Source: an uncultured Chitinophaga sp. (lineage in GTDB: Bacteria; Bacteroidota; Bacteroidia; UKL13-3). From it: 55,157 nucleotides of DNA. The notes under the pieces were generated by a model. It was not told the origin of the DNA. It saw only the letters and a list, made by a program, of their open reading frames with translations, and did not search any database. Of this stretch, positions 9,617 through 19,337 are shown piece after piece; position 1 is the first letter of the stretch; every line of letters starts with the position of its first letter. Location: positions 3,532 to 58,688 of the forward strand of contig CAZRVA010000004.1 of the NCBI GenBank assembly GCA_964603255.1, read 5' to 3'. The translations under genes and the position numbers were made by a program.

Positions 9617-12073
9617 TTGAGCGAACAACTGGCCACATTTGTAGAAATTATTTTGCCGTTGCCCCTGCAAAAGTTATACACTTACAGGGTACCAACAGAA
9701 ATGATGGATGATGTTGCCGTAGGCAAAAGGGTAATTGTTCAGTTTGGTAAAAAAAAGTTTTACAGTGCCATCATTCATCAAATAACGCATACTCCACCAC
9801 AAGAGTACGAAGCCAAATATATTCATGCTATTTTAGATGAAACACCAATAGTTAGTGAACATCAATTTAGATTTTGGCATTGGATAAGCAGTTATTATTT
9901 GTGTACGTTGGGTGATGTGATGAATGCCGCTTTACCTGCACCATTTAAGCTAGAAAGCGAAACTTTGGTAATGCTTAACCCCGATGCTGAAATTGATAGC
10001 ATTGAACTTACCGATAAAGAGTTTTTAATTACTGAGGCACTTACCGTTGCACCTCATTTAAGCATAAGCGACATTAGTGCTATATTGGATGTAAAAAATG
10101 TATTTGGCGTGCTTAAAGGTTTGTACACCAAAGGTGTAATTGTTTACACCGAGGATATTAAAGAAAAGTACAAACCCAAAACCATAACATGTATTGCTTT
10201 ACACCAAACTTACACCAACGAAACCGAATTGGGTAAGGCATTTACTCTATTGGAAAAAACACCTAAACAGTTGGATGTATTAATGGCTTTGGTGCATTTA
10301 AAGCATCAAAACGAACATGTTAGCAAAAAGCAATTGTTAGCGTTTGGTGATTTTAGCGATAGTGCACTAAAAACCCTGGTTAAGAAACAAATTTTAGTTG
10401 AATATAAACATGCCATCGATAGGTTAGTTATAAATGTTGAAGCGGCCGAAACTTTTACTTTAAACCAAGAGCAAGAACAGGCTTACAATAGCATAAACCA
10501 ACAATTTAAAGATAAAGATGCGGTTTTATTGCATGGTATTACATCAAGTGGTAAAACACATGTGTATGTAAAACTTATTGAGGAGCAGTTAGAGCAAGGT
10601 AAACAGGTTTTGTTTTTGCTGCCCGAAATTGCACTTACCTCTCAAATAGTACAGCGTATTCGCAAATATTTTGGCGATAAGGCCTATTCTTTCCACTCAA
10701 AATTTAGCCAAAATGAGCGGGTTGAAATTTGGCAAAAAGTAAATACGGGTCAGCCATTGGTGGTAATTGGTGCGCGTTCATCCATCTTTTTACCTTTTAA
10801 AAATTTAGGGTTAATTATTGTTGATGAAGAGCACGAAACATCATACAAACAACAAGACCCTGCCCCTCGCTACCACGCGCGTGATGCTGCTATTTTTTTA
10901 GCTTACACTTGGCAAGCTAAAACGTTGTTGGGTTCTGCAACACCAAGTTTTGAAAGTTACCACAATGCACGCAGCGGCAAGTTTGGTTTGGTGGAGCTTA
11001 AAAACAGGTTTGGTTTAGTGCAGTTACCCGAAATGATAATTGGTAACATTAGCGAAGATACCCGAACCAAAAGCATGCACGGTTACCTTACAAAGGTGCT
11101 TTACCAGGCAATAGAGCATGCACTAAATGCAAACGAACAAATTATTTTGTTTCAAAATCGCAGGGGATACGCACCTATTATGGAGTGCCAAACATGTAAC
11201 TGGATTCCTCGTTGTGTAAACTGCGATATAAACCTCACCTACCATAAGTACAACGACAGTATGAAATGTCACTACTGTGGTTACAGCACCAAACCACCAT
11301 CTAATTGTTTGGCTTGCGGCTCTCATCAAGTTACGCTTAAAGGTTTTGGTACCGAAAAAATTGAAGATGAAATCAAAATTCAGTTTCCTAATGCACGTGT
11401 GCTCAGGCTTGATTTAGAGGCAAGCCGCACTAAAAATGGCCACGAGCAAATTATAAGAAGTTTTGAGTTGCATGAAGCCGATATTTTAATAGGTACACAA
11501 ATGATTAGCAAAGGTCTTGACTTTGGTAATGTTAGTTTAGTGGGTGTAATTAATGCCGATCAATTGTTGTACTTCCCCGATTTTAGGGCGCACGAAAGGG
11601 CATATCAGTTATTAACACAAGTTGGTGGCCGGGCAGGACGAAAAGCACAACAAGGTAAAGTTATTATACAATCGAACACCCCAAACCACCACGTTTTATT
11701 GGAAGTATTAGCACAGCGCTATCAAAATTTATACGCCAGTGAAATACTCGACAGGGAAAAGTTTGGTTATCCGCCACACACTCGCTTAATTAAACTAACT
11801 ATTAAACACCGCGATTACGCCACTTGCGAGCAAGCTGCGTTTGGATTACAAAAGTTACTATTTAAACGTTTGGGCACCAAAGTAATAGGTCCGGAAAGCC
11901 CTTATGTGAGCCGAGCCAGAAACATGTTTATTAAGGAAATTTTAGTAAAAATTGACAAATCGTCTCCGTATCTTGGACAAGTAAAACAATTTATAAACAC
12001 TTGTACACAATTGATAATTAATACAAAAGAGTTTAAAGCATGTGTTATATACGCTGATGTGGACCCTTATTAA
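9617..12073 (+). CDS. priA: Primosomal protein N' (replication restart helicase)
   Basis: LLHGITSSGKT (Walker A), IIVDEEHE, GSATPS, two CxxC zinc pairs, GFGTEKIE, GTQMISKGLDF. Confidence 0.96.
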   Translation: MSEQLATFVEIILPLPLQKLYTYRVPTEMMDDVAVGKRVIVQFGKKKFYSAIIHQITHTPPQEYEAKYIHAILDETPIVSEHQFRFWHWISSYYLCTLGDVMNAALPAPFKLESETLVMLNPDAEIDSIELTDKEFLITEALTVAPHLSISDISAILDVKNVFGVLKGLYTKGVIVYTEDIKEKYKPKTITCIALHQTYTNETELGKAFTLLEKTPKQLDVLMALVHLKHQNEHVSKKQLLAFGDFSDSALKTLVKKQILVEYKHAIDRLVINVEAAETFTLNQEQEQAYNSINQQFKDKDAVLLHGITSSGKTHVYVKLIEEQLEQGKQVLFLLPEIALTSQIVQRIRKYFGDKAYSFHSKFSQNERVEIWQKVNTGQPLVVIGARSSIFLPFKNLGLIIVDEEHETSYKQQDPAPRYHARDAAIFLAYTWQAKTLLGSATPSFESYHNARSGKFGLVELKNRFGLVQLPEMIIGNISEDTRTKSMHGYLTKVLYQAIEHALNANEQIILFQNRRGYAPIMECQTCNWIPRCVNCDINLTYHKYNDSMKCHYCGYSTKPPSNCLACGSHQVTLKGFGTEKIEDEIKIQFPNARVLRLDLEASRTKNGHEQIIRSFELHEADILIGTQMISKGLDFGNVSLVGVINADQLLYFPDFRAHERAYQLLTQVGGRAGRKAQQGKVIIQSNTPNHHVLLEVLAQRYQNLYASEILDREKFGYPPHTRLIKLTIKHRDYATCEQAAFGLQKLLFKRLGTKVIGPESPYVSRARNMFIKEILVKIDKSSPYLGQVKQFINTCTQLIINTKEFKACVIYADVDPY

Positions 12074-12132
12074 TTATTAATTTTACAACAAAATACTAAA
12101 CAGCCCTTAAAAACTTATTTATAATCAACCCT

Positions 12133-13551
12133 ATGCTATCTGCCAAAACCCAAGACTCCATGCTCAAATCCATCATCGATTCAATGACAGAAAAGGTTTG
12201 TATTTTAGATACAACTTTAAAAGCAACTTATTTTAATCAGGGATTTGCCGATTTAATACATGCTGTGCACGGATTTTGGCCTGAAATTAATGATAGTATA
12301 TACGATAAGACGGATAAGAGTTATTACAAAGTATGGTATCCACGCCTAACTGCTGCGTTACTTGGCGAGCAGTTTGAAGAAGTAGTTAGTGCAACAGCAT
12401 CAGATGAGCCACTACATTACAAGATAACTTTAACACCATTGTATCATAACGAAGAAATAAAAGGTATTTTACTTAAGGTTGTTGATGTTACCAAAGAAAA
12501 ACTAAATGAAATTGACCTAAAGGCCTTTAGATTATTGGCTGAAAACCTGCCAAATACAGATGTTGTTTTTTGCGACACCAATCTAGATATTTTGATTGCA
12601 GGTGGCGGTGAGATGAAAAAGTACGGAGCCGATGCAAGCTATTTCATGGGAAAAAACCTATTAGATTTGGCACGTGAATTAAATTTAGAAATACTCATAC
12701 CTGTATACATACAAACTTTAAAAGGAACACCTGGAAACCTTGAATACGAATACGGAAAAGATCACTATTGGTTAGAAACCTACCCAATTTTTGAAAACAA
12801 CAAGCTTAAAAACATTATTGTGATAACTCGAAATATTAGTGAGTTAAAACGCATGAATTTGAAGCTGCAACAACTTAACGAAACTAAGGATAACATTCTG
12901 GGAATTGTTGCACATGATTTACGCAACCCTATAACGGCAATTTTAGGCTTAACTGATTTGCTGCGTGCTAAACCTGATCAGGGGGATCAATACATTAACT
13001 TAATAAACCGCTCGTGCAACAATGCATTAAGTATTATTGTTGATTTATTAGACATTACCGAACTGGGCAATGATGCTTATAAACTAGATACTGAAACTGT
13101 TGAACTTAACTCGCTAATAAAAGACTTATTGGTAATAGAAAACCATAATGCCACCAATAAAAGTATTACCATAAAACTAGAAAGTAACCGAGAAGATATA
13201 TTTGTGAGGGCAAACGTAGATAAATTTTCGAGGGTAATTTCAAACCTTATTAGTAACGCAGTTAAATTTAGCCATAACAACAGTTCTATTTTAATAAATA
13301 CTCAGTACCAAAATGGTATTGTATTGATTAAAGTTGCAGATACTGGTATAGGCATTCCTAAGCAAATGCAAGAAGTTATTTTCGATAAATTTACAAAAGC
13401 AGGAAGAAAAGGAACTGCTGGCGAAAAGTCATTTGGTTTGGGAATGAGCATTGTTAAACAAATTGTAGAACTACACGGTGGTAAAATTTGGTTAGAAAGC
13501 GAAGAAAATAAAGGCACTACCGTTTTTGTGGAGTTGAAATCTGCAATATAA
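12133..13551 (+). CDS. PAS-domain sensor histidine kinase (cytoplasmic, no adjacent response regulator)
   Basis: H-box VAHDLRNP, N-box NLISNAVKF, G1 VADTGIGIP, F-box FDKF, G2 GLGMSI; two N-terminal PAS-like segments. Confidence 0.9.
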   Translation: MLSAKTQDSMLKSIIDSMTEKVCILDTTLKATYFNQGFADLIHAVHGFWPEINDSIYDKTDKSYYKVWYPRLTAALLGEQFEEVVSATASDEPLHYKITLTPLYHNEEIKGILLKVVDVTKEKLNEIDLKAFRLLAENLPNTDVVFCDTNLDILIAGGGEMKKYGADASYFMGKNLLDLARELNLEILIPVYIQTLKGTPGNLEYEYGKDHYWLETYPIFENNKLKNIIVITRNISELKRMNLKLQQLNETKDNILGIVAHDLRNPITAILGLTDLLRAKPDQGDQYINLINRSCNNALSIIVDLLDITELGNDAYKLDTETVELNSLIKDLLVIENHNATNKSITIKLESNREDIFVRANVDKFSRVISNLISNAVKFSHNNSSILINTQYQNGIVLIKVADTGIGIPKQMQEVIFDKFTKAGRKGTAGEKSFGLGMSIVKQIVELHGGKIWLESEENKGTTVFVELKSAI

Positions 13552-13553
13552 AC

Positions 13554-14087
13554 TCACCTATTCAAAGCCCTATTTGCTTGTTGTATATGTCTTTCGTTGT
13601 GTGCAACAATAAATAGCAACACGTCACCCAATTTTAATCTTATTAAACCGGTTATTGATATTGGCAATCGCTGGTTTAAATCCGTATTTTCCATTTGTTT
13701 TAAATAAGCCAAAAGCCGCTCCTGGTCATCAATAAAAGTGGCCACTTCTTTGTATGGATTTACACTATCGGGCGGTGTATGATTTTTAAACGCGCTGTAC
13801 TTGCGCCTTAGGTTGTTCATCATACTTGTAAAATAGCTACCTGCCCAACCAGAGCTAAATTTCGCCTCGGTAACTTTATTGCCTATTGCTTTTTGTATTA
13901 AAGGAAAATAAAATCGGGCATAACTATTTATATGCCACAAACATTGCGCAGCGCTCCAGCTATTGCTTGCAGGCTGTTTTGCTAACGTTTCTTCGTTGGT
14001 ATTTTGGTAAACAGCAATAGCTAATTGCAGGTGGTTTTCCACCTGCAATGCCAATGTGTTTATCACATCTATATTACTTTGTTTCAT
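13554..14087 (-). CDS. DinB family protein
   Basis: WSAAQCLWHIN near the N-terminus and HNERHIQQA at the C-terminus (DinB His pattern). Confidence 0.85.
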   Translation of the reverse strand: MKQSNIDVINTLALQVENHLQLAIAVYQNTNEETLAKQPASNSWSAAQCLWHINSYARFYFPLIQKAIGNKVTEAKFSSGWAGSYFTSMMNNLRRKYSAFKNHTPPDSVNPYKEVATFIDDQERLLAYLKQMENTDLNQRLPISITGLIRLKLGDVLLFIVAHNERHIQQANRALNR

Positions 14088-14481
14088 AGTTAGGCCTACT
14101 TATAATAAACAATACAACAGCTATAACAAATAACACCAACTCTGTTACAATCCATTGCGAACCAAAGCTCCCCAGAGGGCCTTCAACCAAGATGGTGATG
14201 CCACGCGATAAGGCATAAAATCCCCAAAGCAAAGCCAATAAACCTAATCCTTGTTTTACGTTTTTTACCATTAAATAAATTAGGCTGATAAACAAGGTTA
14301 GTCCTACCCCGCCATAAACCCCACGAATAGAGCTAAACGCATCGGTATTATTTAATTTTACTTGTACCAAATCCATTACCGATTGCGGATTAAAAAAAGC
14401 CATTACACTCACCGATAATAAACTTAATGCCGAAAAGCCAATAAAGATACGGGCTATGTTATTTACAGTTTTTGTTTTCAT
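14074..14481 (-). CDS. Small four-TM membrane protein (DUF4345-like)
   Basis: Four hydrophobic segments and SSIRGVYGGVG motif; overlaps the dinB start (coupled). Confidence 0.7.
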   Translation of the reverse strand: MKTKTVNNIARIFIGFSALSLLSVSVMAFFNPQSVMDLVQVKLNNTDAFSSIRGVYGGVGLTLFISLIYLMVKNVKQGLGLLALLWGFYALSRGITILVEGPLGSFGSQWIVTELVLFVIAVVLFIISRPNYETK

Positions 14482-14531
14482 TTTGTATTGATTTAACGGT
14501 ACAAAGGTGCTGCCACTTAAAACAATAATTG

Positions 14532-14545
14532 TTGGTATTTGCCAA
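14532..14545. promoter_or_regulatory. Palindrome TTGG-N6-CCAA, candidate operator for the adjacent Crp/Fnr regulator
   Basis: TTGGTATTTGCCAA lies between the regulator gene and the DUF4345-dinB operon, just upstream of the putative promoter. Confidence 0.35.
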
Positions 14546-14580
14546 GATTTATAACAAACACCTTTTAAACAACAAGCTGA

Positions 14581-15189
14581 TTAATCAATCCTGATTTTAT
14601 TCATCAGTTTACTAAAATTGGTGGCATCCATGCCCAGGTAATTAGCTAAATATTTATGGGGTACCAATTGCAAAATATGCGGACTACGTTTTAATAAACT
14701 TCTGTATCGATCTTCGGCATTGTAACATTGTAACTCTACCAGCCTGCTCAAAACACCTGATGTTGCAGCGGTTAATCCTTTTCTAACCATCACTTCAATA
14801 TCGCGGTGAATTTCCATTAGTTGCAAAAGTTGCGCAATGGGTGCGCGTAATAAGTTTGATGGAGTTAATGTTTCGTAGAAATATGATGAAGGTTGTTGTA
14901 GCAATAAAGCATCGAGCACACCACCAAACGATGGCGCATAAGTAAAAACAAGTGTGGCTTCCCTATTTAAATCATCTAAATAATATACGCGCTGCACGCC
15001 ATCTAGCACAAAGTACAAATACCTTTCGGGTTCACCTGCAACGGTTAGTAACTCTTTCCTTTTAATGGTGATGGGCTGCCAAATACCGGTAAAATCCTCA
15101 GCAGCTTGGGTTGTTATCTCGCTAACTTGTTGGGTAAACTGCAATAGTGTATTTGCTTGTGTTGCGTTTATTTTCATAATTAAGGTCAA
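14581..15189 (-). CDS. Crp/Fnr family transcriptional regulator
   Basis: cNMP-binding domain (LYFVLDGVQRVYY) and C-terminal AEDRY..LL.RSPHILQLVPHKYLANYLGMDATNFSKL HTH typical of Bacteroidota Crp-like proteins. Likely ATG at 15177. Confidence 0.9.
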   Translation of the reverse strand: MTLIMKINATQANTLLQFTQQVSEITTQAAEDFTGIWQPITIKRKELLTVAGEPERYLYFVLDGVQRVYYLDDLNREATLVFTYAPSFGGVLDALLLQQPSSYFYETLTPSNLLRAPIAQLLQLMEIHRDIEVMVRKGLTAATSGVLSRLVELQCYNAEDRYRSLLKRSPHILQLVPHKYLANYLGMDATNFSKLMNKIRID

Positions 15190-15213
15190 GCAAATTACAC
15201 CATATTTTACGTT

Positions 15214-15579
15214 TTACAAGGCACTTAACAACCTTTGCAAAAGCATTTGTATAACACGTTTATTCAATTCGGATTGATGATGTTTGTAAAACGCCAATTC
15301 CTCATGGGTAAATAATCCAACCACAAAACCAAGGTATATGTTGCGTAGGGCCACATCTTTATTAAAGTTATTTTGTAACACAGCAGCACGCTCTTGTACA
15401 TTGGCTGGCAATAGTTGGTAAGCTGAATGACTTTTAAAATAATCAACCAACAACTCATGCTGAAATTTTAGAATAGGTCGCAAAACATTGTTCTGAAAAC
15501 TTTCAATTGCTAACGATGCCCTATCTGTATCTATAATAACTTCGGGGCGTAGTGATATGATTTGATGATTTCTATTCAT
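15214..15579 (-). CDS. Conserved Bacteroidota hypothetical protein
   Basis: Clean ORF with the pattern ESFQNNVLRPILKFQHELL...G.VVGLFT.EE..FY, which I recognise from Bacteroidota hypotheticals. Confidence 0.7.
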   Translation of the reverse strand: MNRNHQIISLRPEVIIDTDRASLAIESFQNNVLRPILKFQHELLVDYFKSHSAYQLLPANVQERAAVLQNNFNKDVALRNIYLGFVVGLFTHEELAFYKHHQSELNKRVIQMLLQRLLSAL

Positions 15580-15704
15580 GAAGAGTTTACTTTCTACAGT
15601 TGTTAAAGCCTATTAACGTTGAGTTTGTTTTAAATAAAAAATAAAAAGGTTGCATATCAATAATATAGGCGTACCTTGCAGCCTCATTTATTAATACAAT
15701 TACA

Positions 15705-15899
15705 ATGCAAGAAGGCACAGTAAAGTTTTTCAACGAAACGAAAGGCTTTGGATTCATCACACCAAGTACCGGTAACGGACAAGACGTATTTGTTCACGTT
15801 TCAGGTTTACAAAGTGAGATTCGCGAAAACGACAAGGTTACATTTGAAACGCAAAGCGGCCCTAGAGGCTTAAGTGCGGTTAACGTTAAAGTTATATAA
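15705..15899 (+). CDS. cspA: Cold-shock protein
   Basis: GTVKFFNETKGFGFI (RNP1) and VFVHVSG (RNP2); 64 aa. Confidence 0.95.
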   Translation: MQEGTVKFFNETKGFGFITPSTGNGQDVFVHVSGLQSEIRENDKVTFETQSGPRGLSAVNVKVI

Positions 15900-15921
15900 T
15901 TACAACATTGTTATCGTTTAC

Positions 15922-15950
15922 AAAACATGCCTTAGGGCATGTTTTTTTTT
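15922..15950 (+). terminator. Rho-independent terminator of cspA
   Basis: AAAACATGCC-TTAG-GGCATGTTTT followed by a T-run. Confidence 0.8.
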
Positions 15951-15966
15951 GCCCTAAGTTTTGTAT

Positions 15967-15974
15967 TACTTTTG
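15967..15974 (+). promoter_or_regulatory. Bacteroidota -7 box (TACTTTTG) for the FUSC gene
   Basis: Exact TAnnTTTG match 9 nt before the ATG at 15984. Confidence 0.5.
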
Positions 15975-15983
15975 AAGCATTAC

Positions 15984-18137
15984 ATGAATCCGGTAGCCGA
16001 ATCTATTCAACACAATATTGCCGCATCTGGCAAAACACTGAAGCGCTTTTTATTTAGCCAGTATTTTAGTGATGGCATTCGTACCACATTCGGGCTACTT
16101 CTTCCTTCCGTTTTATTTTATCAGTTGGGTGATATTACATTGGGTATTGCCGTTTCGTTAGGTGCTTTATGTGTGAGCATACCTGATAATCCCGGCCCAT
16201 ATGAGCACCGCAGAAATGCCATGCTTGTTACCATTGGGTTAATATTCGCTATGGCATTTTTGACGGCCATGTTTGCATACTCTGTAGTGCTGCTTACTTT
16301 ATTTATTGGTGCAAGTTGTTTTTTGTTTAGCATGTTGCATGTGTTTGGCGCACGTGCCGCAGCTATGGGTATATCAGCCTTGGCTGTTATGATTTTGGGT
16401 ATTGATCAACAATTAAGTTTAGCTGATGCTCTAAAATATGCATCGTTGGTTGCTGCAGGTGGCATTTGGTATTTTTTATTGAGTTTGTTTAGTCAAAAAT
16501 TAATGCCTTACCGCGCTGCCGAGCAAATTTTGGGGGAGTGTATTTTTGAAGTAGCCAAATTTATTGAGTTAAAAGCGGGCTTTTACAACAACAAAATTGA
16601 TGTTAATGAGCAGTACAAAAAAATAATCGACCAACAAGCTGTAGTAAACGAATACCAGGAACATGTGCGTGAAATATTGTTTAAAACACGTAAAATCCTG
16701 GTTGATTCAACTCCTGCCGGACGCACGCTGTTGCTTACTTTTATTGATTTGGTTGATTTGTATGAACAAAGTATGGCTACTCATTATAACTATGTTGATA
16801 TTCAAAAAGCATACGGGCATACCGGTATTTTAAACCACTTTGAGCATGTAATTAAAGAGATGGCTGATGAAATTGTGCGCATTGGCAACAACCTTCACAA
16901 CCAAGAAAATGAAAGCACTTCTAAAAACTTTATACCTACTTTAAATATACTTAAAAGTAAGGTTGATGAGTTAGAACAACAAGGTTTAAAAGTACACGTA
17001 CTAAAACGTATTTTAATAAACCTGCGTAACATCAGCATTCGTATAGAACGTATACACGACTACCGTATTCAAACCCAACAACTACCAACTGAACGCAGAT
17101 CCGAGTTAAGCAAATTTGTTCAGCCACAAACCATAGATTGGAACTTATTTAAAGCCAACCTTACCAAAGAATCAAACCATTTTAGGCATGCAGCACGTAT
17201 GGCTATTATTTGTATGATTGGTTTTGTATTTGCCCGAACTATATACAATGCCGAATACAGCTATTGGATTTTACTATCCATAATTGTAATTCTAAAACCC
17301 GGATTTAGTCTTACCAAAAAACGTAATTATGAGCGTGTTATTGGAACCATAGTTGGTGGTGCTGTAGGTTTACTCATTTTAAAATTTTTCCCCGGAATTG
17401 AAACCCGATTTGCGTTTTTAACTACTTTTATGGTATTGGCCTTTAGTTTTATGCGCATCAATTACGTGGTAAGTGTTTTGTTTATGACACCTTATGTATT
17501 AATTGTGTTCAGTTTTACCGATACAACTAGTCAGTTTATTGTAGCATGGGAACGCATTTTAGATACTTTAATTGGTGCAGCATTGGCGCTTGGTGCAAGT
17601 TATTTTATACTTCCAAACTGGGAATCGTATCAACTAAATATTATGATGCAAAAGGTAATTGAAGCTAACATGCAGTACTTGAAATCAATTGCAGAGCGTA
17701 CCGAAACACAACTGTCGCAATCAGCCTATCGTCTTGCCCGCAAAGAGTTATACGTGCAGAGTAGTTACCTTACCACAGCTTTGCAACGTATGTTATCTGA
17801 ACCAAAAAGCAAACAAAAAAACGCCAACCACGTGTTTCAAATTTCGGTTTTAAATAACCAGTTGGCCTCCTACTTTGCCACGTTATCTTATCAATTAAAA
17901 CCAGGCGAACAATTATCAGATGAAGAAGTAAGAGCAATCAGATCGGTGTACTTTGTTTTATACGAAACAGCAGAACATATCAATGAAAATAAAAACTCCG
18001 AAGCACCTTTGGATGAAATTAAATTTGTTCGCAACAACCATACACAAGCTACTATTCAACCCGATTTATTTTTAGCAATGCAACAAACAGCCGGGAATTT
18101 AAAGAAGGAAATATTTCAACTTAATTTTAAAGAATAA
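15984..18137 (+). CDS. FUSC family (YccS/YhfK-like) membrane protein
   Basis: N-terminal TM bundle; FRHAARMA, YWILLSIIVILKPGFSLTKKRNYERVIGT and ERILDTLIG motifs. ATG at 15984; the ORF-track start at 15939 lies inside the terminator. Confidence 0.9.
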   Translation: MNPVAESIQHNIAASGKTLKRFLFSQYFSDGIRTTFGLLLPSVLFYQLGDITLGIAVSLGALCVSIPDNPGPYEHRRNAMLVTIGLIFAMAFLTAMFAYSVVLLTLFIGASCFLFSMLHVFGARAAAMGISALAVMILGIDQQLSLADALKYASLVAAGGIWYFLLSLFSQKLMPYRAAEQILGECIFEVAKFIELKAGFYNNKIDVNEQYKKIIDQQAVVNEYQEHVREILFKTRKILVDSTPAGRTLLLTFIDLVDLYEQSMATHYNYVDIQKAYGHTGILNHFEHVIKEMADEIVRIGNNLHNQENESTSKNFIPTLNILKSKVDELEQQGLKVHVLKRILINLRNISIRIERIHDYRIQTQQLPTERRSELSKFVQPQTIDWNLFKANLTKESNHFRHAARMAIICMIGFVFARTIYNAEYSYWILLSIIVILKPGFSLTKKRNYERVIGTIVGGAVGLLILKFFPGIETRFAFLTTFMVLAFSFMRINYVVSVLFMTPYVLIVFSFTDTTSQFIVAWERILDTLIGAALALGASYFILPNWESYQLNIMMQKVIEANMQYLKSIAERTETQLSQSAYRLARKELYVQSSYLTTALQRMLSEPKSKQKNANHVFQISVLNNQLASYFATLSYQLKPGEQLSDEEVRAIRSVYFVLYETAEHINENKNSEAPLDEIKFVRNNHTQATIQPDLFLAMQQTAGNLKKEIFQLNFKE

Positions 18138-18173
18138 TTTTTCTGCTCATCAACCCAAAACTAATTTAGCCTG

Positions 18174-18701
18174 ATGATAAACATAAAAGAAATACTTACC
18201 AAAGAACACAGCAAACGCACTACCAACCTTGTAGTTGAAAAAGTGGGACACAACCCAAAGCAGTTTGATGAGTTATTGTTATTACTTTTTGGCAAGGATA
18301 AACTTTTGGCACAACGCGCATCTTGGCCTCTGGGTTATATTATTGAACAGCATCCTGAAATAGCCGAACCACACTGGGATTTATTGATTGATAAATTAAG
18401 TGTTAGTCCGCATGTAGCTTATACACGAGCTATTTACCGCGGGTTAAGTACTGTTAAAAATTTACCAAACGAAATTCATGGTAAAGTTGTTGACTTGTGT
18501 ATGAATTGTATTATAAGTATCAACCAGCCAACAGCAGCAAGGGTTTACGCTATGTACGCTATGCTAAATATGGTTAATATTTACCCCGACTTAAAAGATG
18601 AATTATGGTTACGAGTTGAACCGCTGTTGCAACATGAACTGCCATCTATAAAAGCCGGTGCAAAAAAGGTATTAAAACAATTAAGAAAAATTAAAGCATA
18701 A
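18174..18701 (+). CDS. Conserved hypothetical helical-repeat protein
   Basis: Clean 175-aa ORF with HEAT-like helical pattern (AQRASWPL, AARVYAM). Confidence 0.7.
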   Translation: MINIKEILTKEHSKRTTNLVVEKVGHNPKQFDELLLLLFGKDKLLAQRASWPLGYIIEQHPEIAEPHWDLLIDKLSVSPHVAYTRAIYRGLSTVKNLPNEIHGKVVDLCMNCIISINQPTAARVYAMYAMLNMVNIYPDLKDELWLRVEPLLQHELPSIKAGAKKVLKQLRKIKA

Positions 18702-18720
18702 CTTTATTACTTTTACAAAA

Positions 18721-19275
18721 ATGAAAAAGAAAGTATTTATTGGTATTGGTGTGTTTGTTGTGCTCCTAACCGGAGTACTTTTTTACATGCGATCTGCTAC
18801 AAAAAAGCACAGCCCAGCAGCTATTGCATCATACACTCAAAATGGATTTAACATCAACATCAATTATTGTCAGCCATTTAAAAAAGGCCGTTTAATATTT
18901 GGTCCTGCCGAAACAGGTGCATTGCAGCCTTACGGACAATATTGGCGGATGGGTGCAAACGAGGCCACTACTTTTAGCACCAACACCGACTTAGTTATAG
19001 GTGATAAAACATTACCTTCGGGAAAATACGCCATGTATGCTATACCACAACAAAATGTATGGACAATTGCATTTAACACCGAGAATGACAGATGGGGAGC
19101 AACTGCACCCGAACAAGAAAACGATGTATTGCGCGTTGATGTTCCTGTGACTGAAACTAATATTGTTACCGAACAATTTACTATAACTTTTGAAAACGAC
19201 AGCACTGCGCTAAATGCAGTAATGGCCTGGGATAACGCACTAGTTAAACTTCCCATAACATTGAGTAAAAAATAA
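18721..19275 (+). CDS. DUF2911 domain protein
   Basis: YCQPFKKGRLIFG, YGQYWRMGANEATT, GKYAMYAIP, EQFTITF, AWDN. Confidence 0.9.
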   Translation: MKKKVFIGIGVFVVLLTGVLFYMRSATKKHSPAAIASYTQNGFNININYCQPFKKGRLIFGPAETGALQPYGQYWRMGANEATTFSTNTDLVIGDKTLPSGKYAMYAIPQQNVWTIAFNTENDRWGATAPEQENDVLRVDVPVTETNIVTEQFTITFENDSTALNAVMAWDNALVKLPITLSKK

Positions 19276-19337
19276 AAGGGAAGATCTTGCGATCCTCCCC
19301 TTTACAATAGCCTATGAAGAAACCTTTTTGGTTTAAT
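19267..19337 (-). ncRNA. Candidate stand-alone small RNA (~70 nt) with anti-start-codon core GUUUCUUCAUAGG
   Basis: Minus-strand -7 box TATATTTG at 19342-19349. Terminator 19274-19303 is fully paired only on the minus strand (two G-U pairs versus two A-C mismatches on plus), has a GCAA tetraloop and a U-tract. No minus-strand CDS feeds it. 5' end is estimated. Confidence 0.65.
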
